Origin: a virus
IMG/VR virus record: IMGVR_UViG_3300037483_000793
Location: 131,793 to 195,792 of that record
Length of the DNA: 64,000 nt
Reading direction: 5' to 3' (one strand)
The notes beneath the pieces are model-generated. The model was not told the origin of the DNA and did no database searches. It was given only the letters and a program-made list of their open reading frames with translations. The position numbers were made by a program, and so were the translations under genes. Below, one piece after another: positions 19,322 through 28,839 of this stretch (the first letter of the stretch is position 1; each line of letters opens with the position of its first letter).

Positions 19322-19803
19322 TGGCCAAACGCCGTGATGAAAATGCCCCGTACTGGCAACAGTTGCGTGTCGCTGAGCGCGGAATCATCGAATTTGCGCT
19401 CCAACACGGAGAAACCATCCGTGGGACGGCTGCGATCCTAGGAGTTAGCCCCAACTTCCTGAGCGAACGTCTGCGCGAACTCGGGATTCCGGCGCCAGAT
19501 GTTCGTCCTGGTCCCAAACCGGGTACGCCGAGGCCCCCGCGGCCGCAGCTGCGGGTCGTATCTGGCAACGCACCAGCGATCCCGGACACGCTTGACGAGG
19601 ACGATCCGGAGAACGAAGACGACGACGATGTGATCGAAGCCGATCTGGACGATGACGGGGATGACGGGGACGATGACGACGAAGACGAGCGAGACATAGA
19701 GGACGAGGACGAAGCCGCCCCCGAGGACCCCCACCACGATGCCCCGAACGACGAACCCGACGAAGACGGCGAAGACAGCGAAGCCAGCTCGCAAGGGAAC
19801 TAG
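19318..19803 (+). CDS. Fis-type HTH protein with acidic tail
   Basis: ALQHGETIRGTAAILGVSPNFLSERLRELGI; D/E-rich C-terminal half. Confidence 0.7.
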   Translation: MMAKRRDENAPYWQQLRVAERGIIEFALQHGETIRGTAAILGVSPNFLSERLRELGIPAPDVRPGPKPGTPRPPRPQLRVVSGNAPAIPDTLDEDDPENEDDDDVIEADLDDDGDDGDDDDEDERDIEDEDEAAPEDPHHDAPNDEPDEDGEDSEASSQGN

Positions 19804-19843
19804 CCAGCTGTACCGGCGCCGCAAGCGCCCGTGGCGTCGCCCG

Positions 19844-20143
19844 ATGGCGGGGCTGTTACAACCGGGCGAGGCAGTCGTGCTTGTGCTCGAACCTCCACTC
19901 GGCCCGAACGAGCTGCCGGTCGCGCTTACACCGAACGGGGGTGACATCCTTCTACGTGACGCCGAACACGATCGGGTGACGATCCAGAACCAAACCGATC
20001 GCGTGGTCGCATACATGGTGACGGCGGTTCCGCGTGTGCTCGTGACGGCTGCAACCGTGCCATGGAAGCGGATCGCCAACGACCTCGGGCGCGCCGTGCG
20101 CGCGAGCGGCCTACTCGATCGGTTCGCAGCACTGCTTCGCTGA
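19844..20143 (+). CDS. hypothetical protein
   Basis: Likely start MAGLLQPGE. Confidence 0.5.
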   Translation: MAGLLQPGEAVVLVLEPPLGPNELPVALTPNGGDILLRDAEHDRVTIQNQTDRVVAYMVTAVPRVLVTAATVPWKRIANDLGRAVRASGLLDRFAALLR

Positions 20144-20199
20144 TCGCGGCCGCGATCACTGATCGCGCGCGCGATCGTGGTAGGCTTTCAGGCGTGAAC

Positions 20200-20493
20200 A
20201 TGGGTGCCATCACGGATTTGTTCAAGAGCGAACGCGGCCTGTACGCGCTCGCGCTGACGGCCGCCTCGACCGTCCTCACTGCGCTCGGTCACATGACGAT
20301 CGACATGTGGCAGGAGTTCAACCTCTACATCTTCGGCATCTACGTCCTCGGCAAGACGACGACGGGCACCGCTGCACTGCTCGCGAAAAAGACCGCGCCC
20401 GCGGCCGGTAGCTCGGTGTCGGTGACGATGACCGAGACTGCGACCTCGACCACACCGGCCGCGCCAGCTGAGACCGTGACGGAACCCAAGTAG
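20200..20493 (+). CDS. putative holin-like membrane protein
   Basis: Two TM segments; upstream of the lysin-like gene; may start at GTG 20194. Confidence 0.5.
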   Translation: MGAITDLFKSERGLYALALTAASTVLTALGHMTIDMWQEFNLYIFGIYVLGKTTTGTAALLAKKTAPAAGSSVSVTMTETATSTTPAAPAETVTEPK

Positions 20494-20501
20494 GAGGCGC
20501 G

Positions 20502-20783
20502 ATGCGCGCGACGAACAAGCGGGCCCGGTCAACGAAGGGATGGCGCCGTCGCGCCCCTAAGACGAAGCGCGAACGCGACGCGCTGTACACGCGCTGTGGT
20601 GCGAAGGCCTTCCTCGATCCGCAGCGCCGCAAGTTCCCCGTCATGGCGAAGTTGGGACCATGCGTACCCGACTGCGAAGGCGTACGTGCTGCGTATGCAC
20701 GCGCAAAGCAGTACAAGTACGGCAAAGCAGCGGGTAAGGCGAAGCGGCTCGGCGTGCGCGCGGCGTGCCGGTGGGCACCGTGA
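20502..20783 (+). CDS. small basic protein (W..P..R..CG.K.FL.P...FP...C..G..AAY.RA motif)
   Basis: AGGAGG RBS; conserved-looking Cys motif. Confidence 0.7.
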   Translation: MRATNKRARSTKGWRRRAPKTKRERDALYTRCGAKAFLDPQRRKFPVMAKLGPCVPDCEGVRAAYARAKQYKYGKAAGKAKRLGVRAACRWAP

Positions 20784-21070
20784 TCGCGGCTCGACGCCGT
20801 AAACGTCAGCGCCGTCGCGGGCTCGGTCGCGAGACACGGACATCGAAGATCGACTGGTTCTACGAGACGCGTCGTCAGATTCGCGAAGCAAGTCTCGCGT
20901 TGGACAAGAAGCGTTGCATGGACGCCGCGATGCACCTGACGGAGGCACGCGACATCATCGACACGAAGGTCCAGCCGGGACGTGAGACGCGTGAGTGGTA
21001 TGACGACGAAGTTGACCGGCTGAAGACGACCTGCAAGTTGAATCTCGGCGCGTCGCGGCGCCGTCGTTAG
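20780..21070 (+). CDS. small basic protein
   Basis: GTGA-coupled; Arg-rich termini. Confidence 0.55.
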   Translation: MIAARRRKRQRRRGLGRETRTSKIDWFYETRRQIREASLALDKKRCMDAAMHLTEARDIIDTKVQPGRETREWYDDEVDRLKTTCKLNLGASRRRR

Positions 21071-21084
21071 CGCGAGGAGACACC

Positions 21085-21978
21085 ATGCCGATCGATCGCA
21101 CTGCGGCTGAAGCGTTCAACACCAAGCAGCTCGCCAACAGCAAGCTGACCGCGAAGCACATCACAGCGCTCATCGAGTACTGGCAAGAAGGTCACGGGCT
21201 GCGCGTCGACGGATTTGCGGGCGATCGCGAGACGATTCCATCGATCGACTGGGAACTGAGCGACGAAGCGCTGCCACCCGAAGTGCCGACGCCGTCACCC
21301 GCACACCTGCCAGCTAAGCCAACAAGGCGCGGCACGGTTGTCCCGCTGACGGATGATCAGATCGTCGCACGCGCGATGTACCTCGCGGGCAAGGCATCGA
21401 TCGACACGCTCGACACGTACGTTCGCAAGGACGGCGCGCCGGAAATGTGCCCGACGATCTACTACCTGCTCAAGGGCTACAACGGCGGCAAGGACCCGAC
21501 GGCAAGTGATCCAGCTGACCGTTGGAGCAAGCAGGGCTCGACGTTCATCAACGTTACGTGTGATTGCTCGGGCGGCAATTCATGGATGGGTGGCCACGAC
21601 CGATTCCTCGAAGATCTCATGCGGCCGAGCGTCGGCTACGGCGGCTGGTTCAACACCGACAGCAAGATCCTCGACGCGACATTGCCGCTCAAGCCGGGTG
21701 AGAAGCGCTGTTTCGAAGCGGACTCGCTACCGAACCGTGGACGCATCATCGTCTGCAAGTCGGGATCGCCCGGTCACAAGGTCGGCCACGAAGGGCGCAT
21801 CACCGGCTATCGCGGCGACATCACCAAGTTCGATCCGAAGAACCCACTGCACTGGGATCTGATCGACGTCGTCGATGTCTCGTCGCGGGGCGCAGGCAAA
21901 CGCGCCAACAACCTGCGAACCGGCCGTGGTTGGTCCGGGACCGGCGCGTTGTTCCTCAAGTTCGTCGGCAAGCACTGA
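21085..21978 (+). CDS. putative endolysin: PG-binding-like motif plus NlpC/P60-like cysteine hydrolase
   Basis: LRVDGFAG; CDCSG catalytic motif; GHEGRI His; GAGGAG RBS. Confidence 0.65.
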   Translation: MPIDRTAAEAFNTKQLANSKLTAKHITALIEYWQEGHGLRVDGFAGDRETIPSIDWELSDEALPPEVPTPSPAHLPAKPTRRGTVVPLTDDQIVARAMYLAGKASIDTLDTYVRKDGAPEMCPTIYYLLKGYNGGKDPTASDPADRWSKQGSTFINVTCDCSGGNSWMGGHDRFLEDLMRPSVGYGGWFNTDSKILDATLPLKPGEKRCFEADSLPNRGRIIVCKSGSPGHKVGHEGRITGYRGDITKFDPKNPLHWDLIDVVDVSSRGAGKRANNLRTGRGWSGTGALFLKFVGKH

Positions 21979-22041
21979 TCGCTCACGCGATCGGTGTGAA
22001 GGGTTGCGAATCTCGACGGAGATCGCGTTGCGCACAAGTCG

Positions 22042-22074
22042 CTCTTGACTTGTCGATGGCGTGGCGCTAGAGAT
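22042..22074 (+). promoter_or_regulatory. sigma70-like promoter for the vWA/E2 operon
   Basis: CTCTTGACT at 22042; TAGAGAT 17 nt after TTGACT (imperfect -10). Confidence 0.5.
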
Positions 22075-22160
22075 GGCATTGCCGCGAGTTTTGTGGATGT
22101 TGTGCCACACCGCTCGCAAACGAGGCGCGACGGATACGTGCGCCGTTAGGAGCAGCTGCC

Positions 22161-24104
22161 ATGGTCAACGTTAACCGCGAGAATCTGGGTCCGGCCGAGC
22201 GCATCATCAACTCGGTCCTTACCTACACCGATCACCTCTATCACGGCCGTCCTGGCATCGTTGTCACGGACGCGCGCACCAACGTCGGTGTGCGGTGGGA
22301 AGCTGTTACGCACAAGATCGAGGACATCAACGGTGTCAAGCGCAAGGTCGTCTACCAGCTCAGCAAGGTCGGCAAGAAGACGATCAAGACGAAGGTCGGC
22401 GTGGTCACTGAAGCTGTCGCAGCGGGTGGTCGTGTCATTCAACATGTGCGCACGGACGCGAGCCCGAACCATCCGATCCTCGGTGAGTACCGCGAGGCAG
22501 GACTGTTCCCCGAGGTCGCGACGTGGATGTACCGCCAGGTCGCCGAAGTCTGGAAGCTCGACAACGAGTTCGCGGCGAAGTGGGCTTCGTACGCATTTGC
22601 TCAGGAGCACCGCGACCTCAAGGTCGTGCTCGCAGCGTTCATGCTCGTGCAGTCACGCAAGGGTGATCCCGTACGTGACGGTGGTGCTGTCGCGTTCTAC
22701 GACGACGACTTCCGTGACATCGGTGAGGCAATGACACTGATCCGTCGCAAGGACGACAAGGATCTGAACCCCAAGCTCCTGCTGCGCATCCGTAGCGTAC
22801 TCGCGCTGCCGGAGATCGCTGCGATCAACAACGAACTGGGCTTCGGTGTGTCGACGCGCAAGCCAGCGTTCGGCCGTTGGCCCAAGGTCGTCGAGAAGTG
22901 GCTGCGTCACCGCGAGGAGAACCCCAAGCTCCTCGAAAGCGGTGTGCGCGCAGGTTTCCGCAAGACAATCATCAAGCTCGCGAAGCACGTCGGCTACAAG
23001 CCAGAGACGGTGAAGTTCTTCGAGACGTTGCGCTGGAAGCAGGCGCAGGCGAACGACGGTCGGCGTCAGCTCATGATCGGTGTCGATCTCGCAAAGGTCG
23101 AGTCGTGGGCTGAGCTAACCGAGATGCAGATCTGCGAGCGCATCGTCAAGGAGAAGCCGGACTGGAAGCGCCTCGTCGGCATGCTGCCCAAGGGCAACAT
23201 CACACGCGCCGTCGTCGCTGCTGCTGTCGAAGCAAAGGCGCTGTCGGAGCGCGATCTCATCATCGCGACACCGACACTGGAAGAGCTGGGTCTGCTCGAC
23301 GTACCTGCGATCAAGGCGGCGTGGGAGAAGGCAATCCAGAACGCAGACAACTCGCGTGCGGCGAACATTGCAAAGAACGTCAACGCGAAGGCGGTCAAGG
23401 ACAAGCTCGTCGAGGCAGCCGACACGGCGATCAAGAAGGCCGTCGAGGAAGTCGTCAAGAACATCCGGGTGTACTTCATGGTCGACATCTCGGGCTCGAT
23501 GAAGAACGCGATCGAGGCCGCGAAGGGCCACATCGCGAAGTTCCTGCAGGGCTTTCCGGTCGACAAGACGCACGTGGCCGTGTTCAACACGACGGGTCGC
23601 GAGATCACGCTCAAGCATGCATCGGCAGTTGGTGTCGAGAACGCGTTTCGCGGCATCACGGCCGGTGGTGGTACGGACTACGGCGCTGGCGTTCGTGCGC
23701 TCATGCATCACAAGCCGAAGGATGACGAAGACGTCCTGTTCATCTTCGTCGGCGATGAGGAAGCACACGCGTTCGATGGCCAGATCACGGCGTCGGGTCT
23801 CAAGCCGTTGGCGTTCGGCTTCGTCAAGACGGTCCCCGATGGCGGTGCTGCAGGTTATCGGCACGCGCAGTTCGGCGGCGAGAACAACATCGCTGTGCGC
23901 GAGACGGCCAAGCGGCTCGGCGTCCCGTGTTTCATGATCGACGAGAAGACGTTCGACGATGTGTACGCGATCCCGCGGACGATTCGGAACCTGATCGCGG
24001 CGACGCCGGTCGGTCCAGCTGCGCGTGCTGTCGCCGCGCCGCGCATGACGTTCGTTGATCAGATCCTGAAGACAGAGCTGTTGCGCAAGCCTGTGTGGGC
24101 CTGA
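22161..24104 (+). CDS. TROVE/Ro60-like helical domain plus C-terminal vWA domain
   Basis: vWA: VYFMVDISGSM...VAVFN...GGGTDY...FIFVGDE. TROVE-like: ASYAFAQEHRDLKVVLA, KWL...IIKLAKHVGYKP, ESWAEL. The vWA call is firm; TROVE is inferred. Confidence 0.7.
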   Translation: MVNVNRENLGPAERIINSVLTYTDHLYHGRPGIVVTDARTNVGVRWEAVTHKIEDINGVKRKVVYQLSKVGKKTIKTKVGVVTEAVAAGGRVIQHVRTDASPNHPILGEYREAGLFPEVATWMYRQVAEVWKLDNEFAAKWASYAFAQEHRDLKVVLAAFMLVQSRKGDPVRDGGAVAFYDDDFRDIGEAMTLIRRKDDKDLNPKLLLRIRSVLALPEIAAINNELGFGVSTRKPAFGRWPKVVEKWLRHREENPKLLESGVRAGFRKTIIKLAKHVGYKPETVKFFETLRWKQAQANDGRRQLMIGVDLAKVESWAELTEMQICERIVKEKPDWKRLVGMLPKGNITRAVVAAAVEAKALSERDLIIATPTLEELGLLDVPAIKAAWEKAIQNADNSRAANIAKNVNAKAVKDKLVEAADTAIKKAVEEVVKNIRVYFMVDISGSMKNAIEAAKGHIAKFLQGFPVDKTHVAVFNTTGREITLKHASAVGVENAFRGITAGGGTDYGAGVRALMHHKPKDDEDVLFIFVGDEEAHAFDGQITASGLKPLAFGFVKTVPDGGAAGYRHAQFGGENNIAVRETAKRLGVPCFMIDEKTFDDVYAIPRTIRNLIAATPVGPAARAVAAPRMTFVDQILKTELLRKPVWA

Positions 24105-24110
24105 TTCGTT

Positions 24111-25061
24111 ATGTCCTGGCGTGAGCTTCTACAGAACGACAACGAGACAATCACGCTGCCGTGGATCGGCAGTCGTGAGCTGCGCTCGTTCTCGCGTAAG
24201 TGGACGATCGCTGGAGATCTGCCACACGAACATGGCTGGTACGTGTTCAAGCTGCTCAAGGGCCGTACCGCGGTCGTCGACAGTGGTCCCGTTGAGCCGC
24301 TGATCACGACGCTCGGGAACGTCTACTTTGGCTATCTCGTCGGTGATCGTTTCGCGACGGGCATCGTCGATCAAGCCGTCGTCACGCAGCCACTTGAAGC
24401 TGCGAAGCGCTTGTCACGTGTGCATTTGATCAACGACGACGTTGACCGCTTTGCGCGTGTCAGCGTTGGCAGTGTCGCGACACGTGGACCGCTGTTCTTT
24501 CGACAGGTCGAGATGCCGCTCGGGCCCGAGGACGATGTCCTGCGTGCATACGAGGACCGTGCTGAGACCATCAACGACATCAAGGGCGTCACGCCTGCAC
24601 TCGACGCCGCGTTTCGGATGGCATTGTGGCAGCGTACCGAAGCTGAACGTCGCCGTGCCGAACTGGAACGGTTGCGCGCCGAAGAAGAAGCGCGACTCGT
24701 GGCTGAGATGAAACGCCAGGAGCTGATCAAGCAGCTCGGTGACGGTGCAGGTCGTCGTGCGATGGCGCAAGTCGACTTCGAGGCTGCTGCACGTGCAGCG
24801 CTCGCAATCGGTGGTGCCGAGCTGCTCGACTGGAAGGCAGTACGCGGCCGTCCCGAGTACACCGTGCGTTATCGCCTGAATCGTCGGCGGTTCGAGTGCG
24901 TCTGCGATGCGAACCTGCACATCATCGATGCGGGGGTGTGCTTGCAGGATCACAGGACGGGAATCAAAGGCGACGATCGATTCACGCTTGAATCGTTGCC
25001 AGGCGTGATTCAACAGGCCGAACGTGAGGACAAGCTCGTCGTGTTCAGGAACGTCGTTTAG
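24111..25061 (+). CDS. putative E2 (UBC-like) conjugating enzyme, C-terminal domain
   Basis: C-terminal DAGVCLQD...RFTLESLPGVIQQA resembles the E2 G-x-[IV]-C-L...TL..L..I motif. Confidence 0.5.
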   Translation: MSWRELLQNDNETITLPWIGSRELRSFSRKWTIAGDLPHEHGWYVFKLLKGRTAVVDSGPVEPLITTLGNVYFGYLVGDRFATGIVDQAVVTQPLEAAKRLSRVHLINDDVDRFARVSVGSVATRGPLFFRQVEMPLGPEDDVLRAYEDRAETINDIKGVTPALDAAFRMALWQRTEAERRRAELERLRAEEEARLVAEMKRQELIKQLGDGAGRRAMAQVDFEAAARAALAIGGAELLDWKAVRGRPEYTVRYRLNRRRFECVCDANLHIIDAGVCLQDHRTGIKGDDRFTLESLPGVIQQAEREDKLVVFRNVV

Positions 25062-25070
25062 GAGTCTACG

Positions 25071-25517
25071 ATGAATGTGAACGGTCTACGTGCCGTGTTG
25101 CGACGCTTCGAGCAGCACCACGACAAAGTCATCTACACCGAAGAACTGCAGTGGTACAACGCGGAGACTGACATCGCGATCACGATCGCGTGTGATCCGC
25201 CTGTGCCTGTGCGTGTCGAAGGAATTTTCGACATTCAAACGATGGACGGTTACACCATCTGCTGTTGGGTGATCCGGATACTCAACGAAGGCAATTTCAA
25301 CAACGTCGAGACGCTTTACGTCAAAGGTCTGAGCAGTGACGAAAACCGCCGACCTGAGTGGCGAAGCGCTGCAGACACCGTTGACGAAAAAAACATACCA
25401 CCGCGTCATCGGATCGATACAGATCCACGCATTGCTACCTCCAAGTGGCGTTACTGGACCGATTCTGACGACAGTGGATGGCGTACGGGCATCGCACCTG
25501 CGGACGAAAGCGAATGA
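25071..25517 (+). CDS. hypothetical protein
   Basis: AGGAG RBS; lower GC than neighbours. Confidence 0.6.
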   Translation: MNVNGLRAVLRRFEQHHDKVIYTEELQWYNAETDIAITIACDPPVPVRVEGIFDIQTMDGYTICCWVIRILNEGNFNNVETLYVKGLSSDENRRPEWRSAADTVDEKNIPPRHRIDTDPRIATSKWRYWTDSDDSGWRTGIAPADESE

Positions 25518-25518
25518 C

Positions 25519-25854
25519 GTGAACGAAGAAGACAAACGTGCTGCTGTACAGGCGTCGCTGAAAGCGGACGCGGCCAAGGTGCGCGCGAAGATTGCACAGC
25601 GCGGTGGGCCGATTTTGTTCGACGCTCTCAAATCGATCGGCGCGACGATGGATCCGATGTGGGAAGGCGAGTGGGAAGGCCCGGTATTGTTCAACGATCC
25701 AAAGGGTGCCTCGCGGATGATTCTCGTTGCGCCGAACGACCACGACGATTTCCTGGCATGGGCCAAGGCACACCCTAACTTCACCGACGAGGAGTTACAG
25801 GATCAGGGTCGTATGCTTCTCGTGCGCATGTGCGCGAGGCCGATCAGTCCGTGA
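25519..25854 (+). CDS. hypothetical protein
   Basis: Probable GTG start after the upstream stop. Confidence 0.55.
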   Translation: MNEEDKRAAVQASLKADAAKVRAKIAQRGGPILFDALKSIGATMDPMWEGEWEGPVLFNDPKGASRMILVAPNDHDDFLAWAKAHPNFTDEELQDQGRMLLVRMCARPISP

Positions 25855-26297
25855 GCGTCGAGTGGACCAGTGAACAAGTCGCGGAGCAATTCCGGCTTGA
25901 AGTGCGTCAAGCGTTCGAGCGTGAGAACGCTGCACATCGCACTGAAGAAGAAGCAGACCTCGAACGCGTGAGAGCAGATCCAGAACACGCTGCGCGTATC
26001 GCACATAATCCACGTTTCGCCGAAGCGCTCGCGGTCCGTGACAGCGTGCTGTGGGAGATCTACAGCGGTGCTGACATTCAAGTCGATTGCAACGCCGTCA
26101 AGGTTGTCCTGCCACGCGGGTTCGCGATCTTCCCGGACCTCATCACGATGTTCGAAGGAACGTCGGTCGGTTGGGGCAACGCGCACGTCGACGCTGAGAT
26201 TGTCAACGGCGAACCGCGCGTCGTCGTCGAGCTGATCTTGATCGACTACTGGGACGATGATCGTGCGGCGAAGTGGATCGCGGAGCATACGCCATGA
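25851..26297 (+). CDS. hypothetical protein
   Basis: GTGA-coupled ORF. Confidence 0.6.
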   Translation: MSVEWTSEQVAEQFRLEVRQAFERENAAHRTEEEADLERVRADPEHAARIAHNPRFAEALAVRDSVLWEIYSGADIQVDCNAVKVVLPRGFAIFPDLITMFEGTSVGWGNAHVDAEIVNGEPRVVVELILIDYWDDDRAAKWIAEHTP

Positions 26298-26503
26298 ACG
26301 TCCAGCTCTATTGCCAGACGTGCGGTGTCGAAGCCAAGCGCGCGTTACTCGACCAGCCGGGATGCCGCGGCGCTCACGAGACCGCGTGCGAACCTGCGTC
26401 GTGCCCCAACGGTCATGGCTTGATGGCGCGGCGCGACGGTGTCGTGCAGGAATTTCTCGATCATGGCTGGGTTGTGACCGGCCGCCTAACAGAGACACGG
26501 TAA
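26294..26503 (+). CDS. small Zn-finger-like protein
   Basis: CQTC...CPNGH; ATGA-coupled. Confidence 0.55.
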   Translation: MNVQLYCQTCGVEAKRALLDQPGCRGAHETACEPASCPNGHGLMARRDGVVQEFLDHGWVVTGRLTETR

Positions 26504-26513
26504 AGGGATCAAC

Positions 26514-27269
26514 ATGACGGCGCCTCGCTACTATTTCGACACGGAATTTCTTGACGACGGTGACAACCAACGCATCGTGCTGATCTCGATCGCACTTGTC
26601 TGCGACGATGGCCGCGAGCTGTATCTCGTGAGCAACGAGTTCGACTACGACGAGGTCAAGCGTGACGACTGGATGCGCGAGAACGTGCTCAAGCAGTTGC
26701 CGCCAACCCTCGACATGACCGTCAGCAGTTTTCCGTACCCGCCCTCGCCGCTGTGGCGTACGCGCGAACAGATTCGTGACGCGATCATCGAGTTCGTGAA
26801 AGACCCCGGCAACGACGAGAAGGTCGAGTTCTGGGCGTTCTTCGCGAGCTACGACTGGGTCCTGTTCGCGCAGCTGTTCGGCAAGATGATCAATATGCCA
26901 AAACACTTCCCGTGGCTCGTCAACGATCTCAAGACGTGGGCCAAACACACGGGCTTCACCGGCAAGTTTAAGGAGCTGCTACCCAACACGGGCCATCACG
27001 ACGCGCTTTGTGACGCGCGCTGGAACCGCGACGTGCACAAGATCCTACTCGAACGGCAACCACTTGCTGCACTCGCCGATGCACTCGTCGATGCAACCGA
27101 AGGCGCGCACGAGGCAACACCGCTAGCGACGGTTCTGCATCTTGGATCAGAGCTGATCCGTGACTACGTGTCGACGAAGGGTCAGCTGCGCGACATCGAG
27201 CAACGCAAAGGGAGTGATCCGATCATCGACGAGATCCTGTCACGGACGAAGGAAGTCGAAATCGTATGA
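26514..27269 (+). CDS. DEDD 3'-5' exoribonuclease (Rv2179c/RNase T-like)
   Basis: YYFDTEF, ISIALV, ASYDW, HDALCDARW. Confidence 0.85.
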   Translation: MTAPRYYFDTEFLDDGDNQRIVLISIALVCDDGRELYLVSNEFDYDEVKRDDWMRENVLKQLPPTLDMTVSSFPYPPSPLWRTREQIRDAIIEFVKDPGNDEKVEFWAFFASYDWVLFAQLFGKMINMPKHFPWLVNDLKTWAKHTGFTGKFKELLPNTGHHDALCDARWNRDVHKILLERQPLAALADALVDATEGAHEATPLATVLHLGSELIRDYVSTKGQLRDIEQRKGSDPIIDEILSRTKEVEIV

Positions 27270-27655
27270 GTCCATCGAAGTACATCCTGCCGAAGAACAT
27301 CGTTGCGCTCGCGCGCGATGCAATCAACGACGAGAATGTCGCGACCCGTCAGCGCGAGTGGCGCGCGTTCGCGCGCGAGAAACACCTCGCCAAGCGCGTG
27401 CTCGACGACGATAAGGCCAAGCGCAAGCTGCGCGAGCGTGTCCGGGCACTGGAAGAGGGCCTGGTGCGCGCGTGTGACCTCGCGATCGATTCAGCGGACG
27501 TGATCGATAGCGAGAACATCGCTGACCCTGAAGAGAGCGAGGATTTCCGGTACAGCGTCGGCAAGATTCGCACACTCGTGAAGCGGCCTGAAGCTGCACG
27601 TCACGTGATGCGCAAACTACAGGAGCAGGAAGCAGCTGCTCAGGTGACGCCGTGA
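27266..27655 (+). CDS. hypothetical coiled-coil protein
   Basis: Coupled ORF. Confidence 0.55.
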   Translation: MSPSKYILPKNIVALARDAINDENVATRQREWRAFAREKHLAKRVLDDDKAKRKLRERVRALEEGLVRACDLAIDSADVIDSENIADPEESEDFRYSVGKIRTLVKRPEAARHVMRKLQEQEAAAQVTP

Positions 27656-27936
27656 ACGCGTACGATCCAAAAAACGCGTACACGATCGGCGCGCTGCTTC
27701 GCTACGTACAACACAAATACGACTGCGACTGGTTACAGCCGATGTGGCACAAGGGTCCATGCGACTGCGGACTCACGGCGCTGATCCAACAGCTGCCTGA
27801 AGATTTGCTGAAGCTGCTCGTCGAAACGAACGATCACGTGCGTGCAACCGTCGAAGAGATCAAACAACGCGAAGAGCGAGCCGAACGTGAAGCGCGTGAA
27901 GCGGTCGCACAGCGATTCCAGCAGGAGCCTAAATGA
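27652..27936 (+). CDS. hypothetical protein
   Basis: Coupled ORF; H..C.W....H...CDC motif. Confidence 0.55.
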   Translation: MNAYDPKNAYTIGALLRYVQHKYDCDWLQPMWHKGPCDCGLTALIQQLPEDLLKLLVETNDHVRATVEEIKQREERAEREAREAVAQRFQQEPK

Positions 27937-28346
27937 TCGAGACCGGCGTCGTCATCAACACCAACGGTGAGCCCATCCACTGGCATGAACCTGCAGGACG
28001 CTCGGGCGGTAACTTGCCCGATAGCCGCTCGCTGTGGGATGTGCTGTGGCAGGCGCAACAGCACGGCTGGCTCGCAGGCTTCGCACATACGCATCCGGGC
28101 AGCGGTGTTCCCGGTCCATCGAGCACGGACATCTCGACGTTCGTCGCGATCGAGAACGCGCTCGGTCGGTCACTCGCGTGGTGGATCGCGAGCGCCGATC
28201 GGATGGTGATCACGCGTCGGTCGGTGATGGACAGCGTTCCTGGCCGCGAGATTTACGCTTCGCATGAGATCGTGGTACAGAACGAACCGATCTGGGTCGC
28301 CGAACTTCGTCGGCGCTCAGCGATGGGCGTGCACCCGTATCGGTGA
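27933..28346 (+). CDS. JAB/MPN+ metalloisopeptidase (DUB-like)
   Basis: N-terminal IE; FAHTHPGSGVPGPSSTD matches HxHx7Sx2D. Confidence 0.8.
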   Translation: MIETGVVINTNGEPIHWHEPAGRSGGNLPDSRSLWDVLWQAQQHGWLAGFAHTHPGSGVPGPSSTDISTFVAIENALGRSLAWWIASADRMVITRRSVMDSVPGREIYASHEIVVQNEPIWVAELRRRSAMGVHPYR

Positions 28347-28363
28347 TCCCGGCTGCGACATAA

Positions 28364-28395
28364 CTCTTGACTTGCCGGGCACGCATCGTTAGGGT
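28364..28395 (+). promoter_or_regulatory. sigma70-like promoter of the Ubl gene
   Basis: TTGACT (28367)-N17-TAGGGT (28390). Confidence 0.7.
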
Positions 28396-28416
28396 CAAGA
28401 TTCTTAGGAGAATGCC

Positions 28417-28740
28417 ATGGCCGACAACGAGATGGTTCGTGTGATTCGAGACGACGAGGCCCGCGTGAACGTTACGTGGAAGCAGCAGAACGGCGAGCTG
28501 CCGGATCCGGTGTTCCGTGACGCGACCGAGGGCGATGTCCGTGCGTGGGTGACCGAGGCGGTCCGCAACGGTGGCGTGCCCGGCATCCCGGCCGACGCTG
28601 ACGCCGACTTCCGCGACTTCGTCGTGGATCGCTTCCCGCCGACCGAAGCGCGGCAGTACAACCTGATCCAGGTCCGTCCGAAGACGGCGTTCGGCATGGG
28701 CGGCCCGTGCATCTGCTCGCGCTGTGGGAACGCACACTAA
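28417..28740 (+). CDS. putative ubiquitin-like (beta-grasp) protein with C-terminal extension
   Basis: ARVNVTW...ELPDPV...LIQVRPKTAFG-MGG-PCICSRCGNAH; adjacent to JAB; AGGAG RBS. Confidence 0.55.
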   Translation: MADNEMVRVIRDDEARVNVTWKQQNGELPDPVFRDATEGDVRAWVTEAVRNGGVPGIPADADADFRDFVVDRFPPTEARQYNLIQVRPKTAFGMGGPCICSRCGNAH

Positions 28741-28839
28741 CTCCATGACGTGGTCGCACGCTGCGGGCATTGCCGTCGGTATGATGATCTTGCAGTACAT
28801 CGAACTCGTGCGTATCCGTCGTACGCTGAAAGGAAAGTA

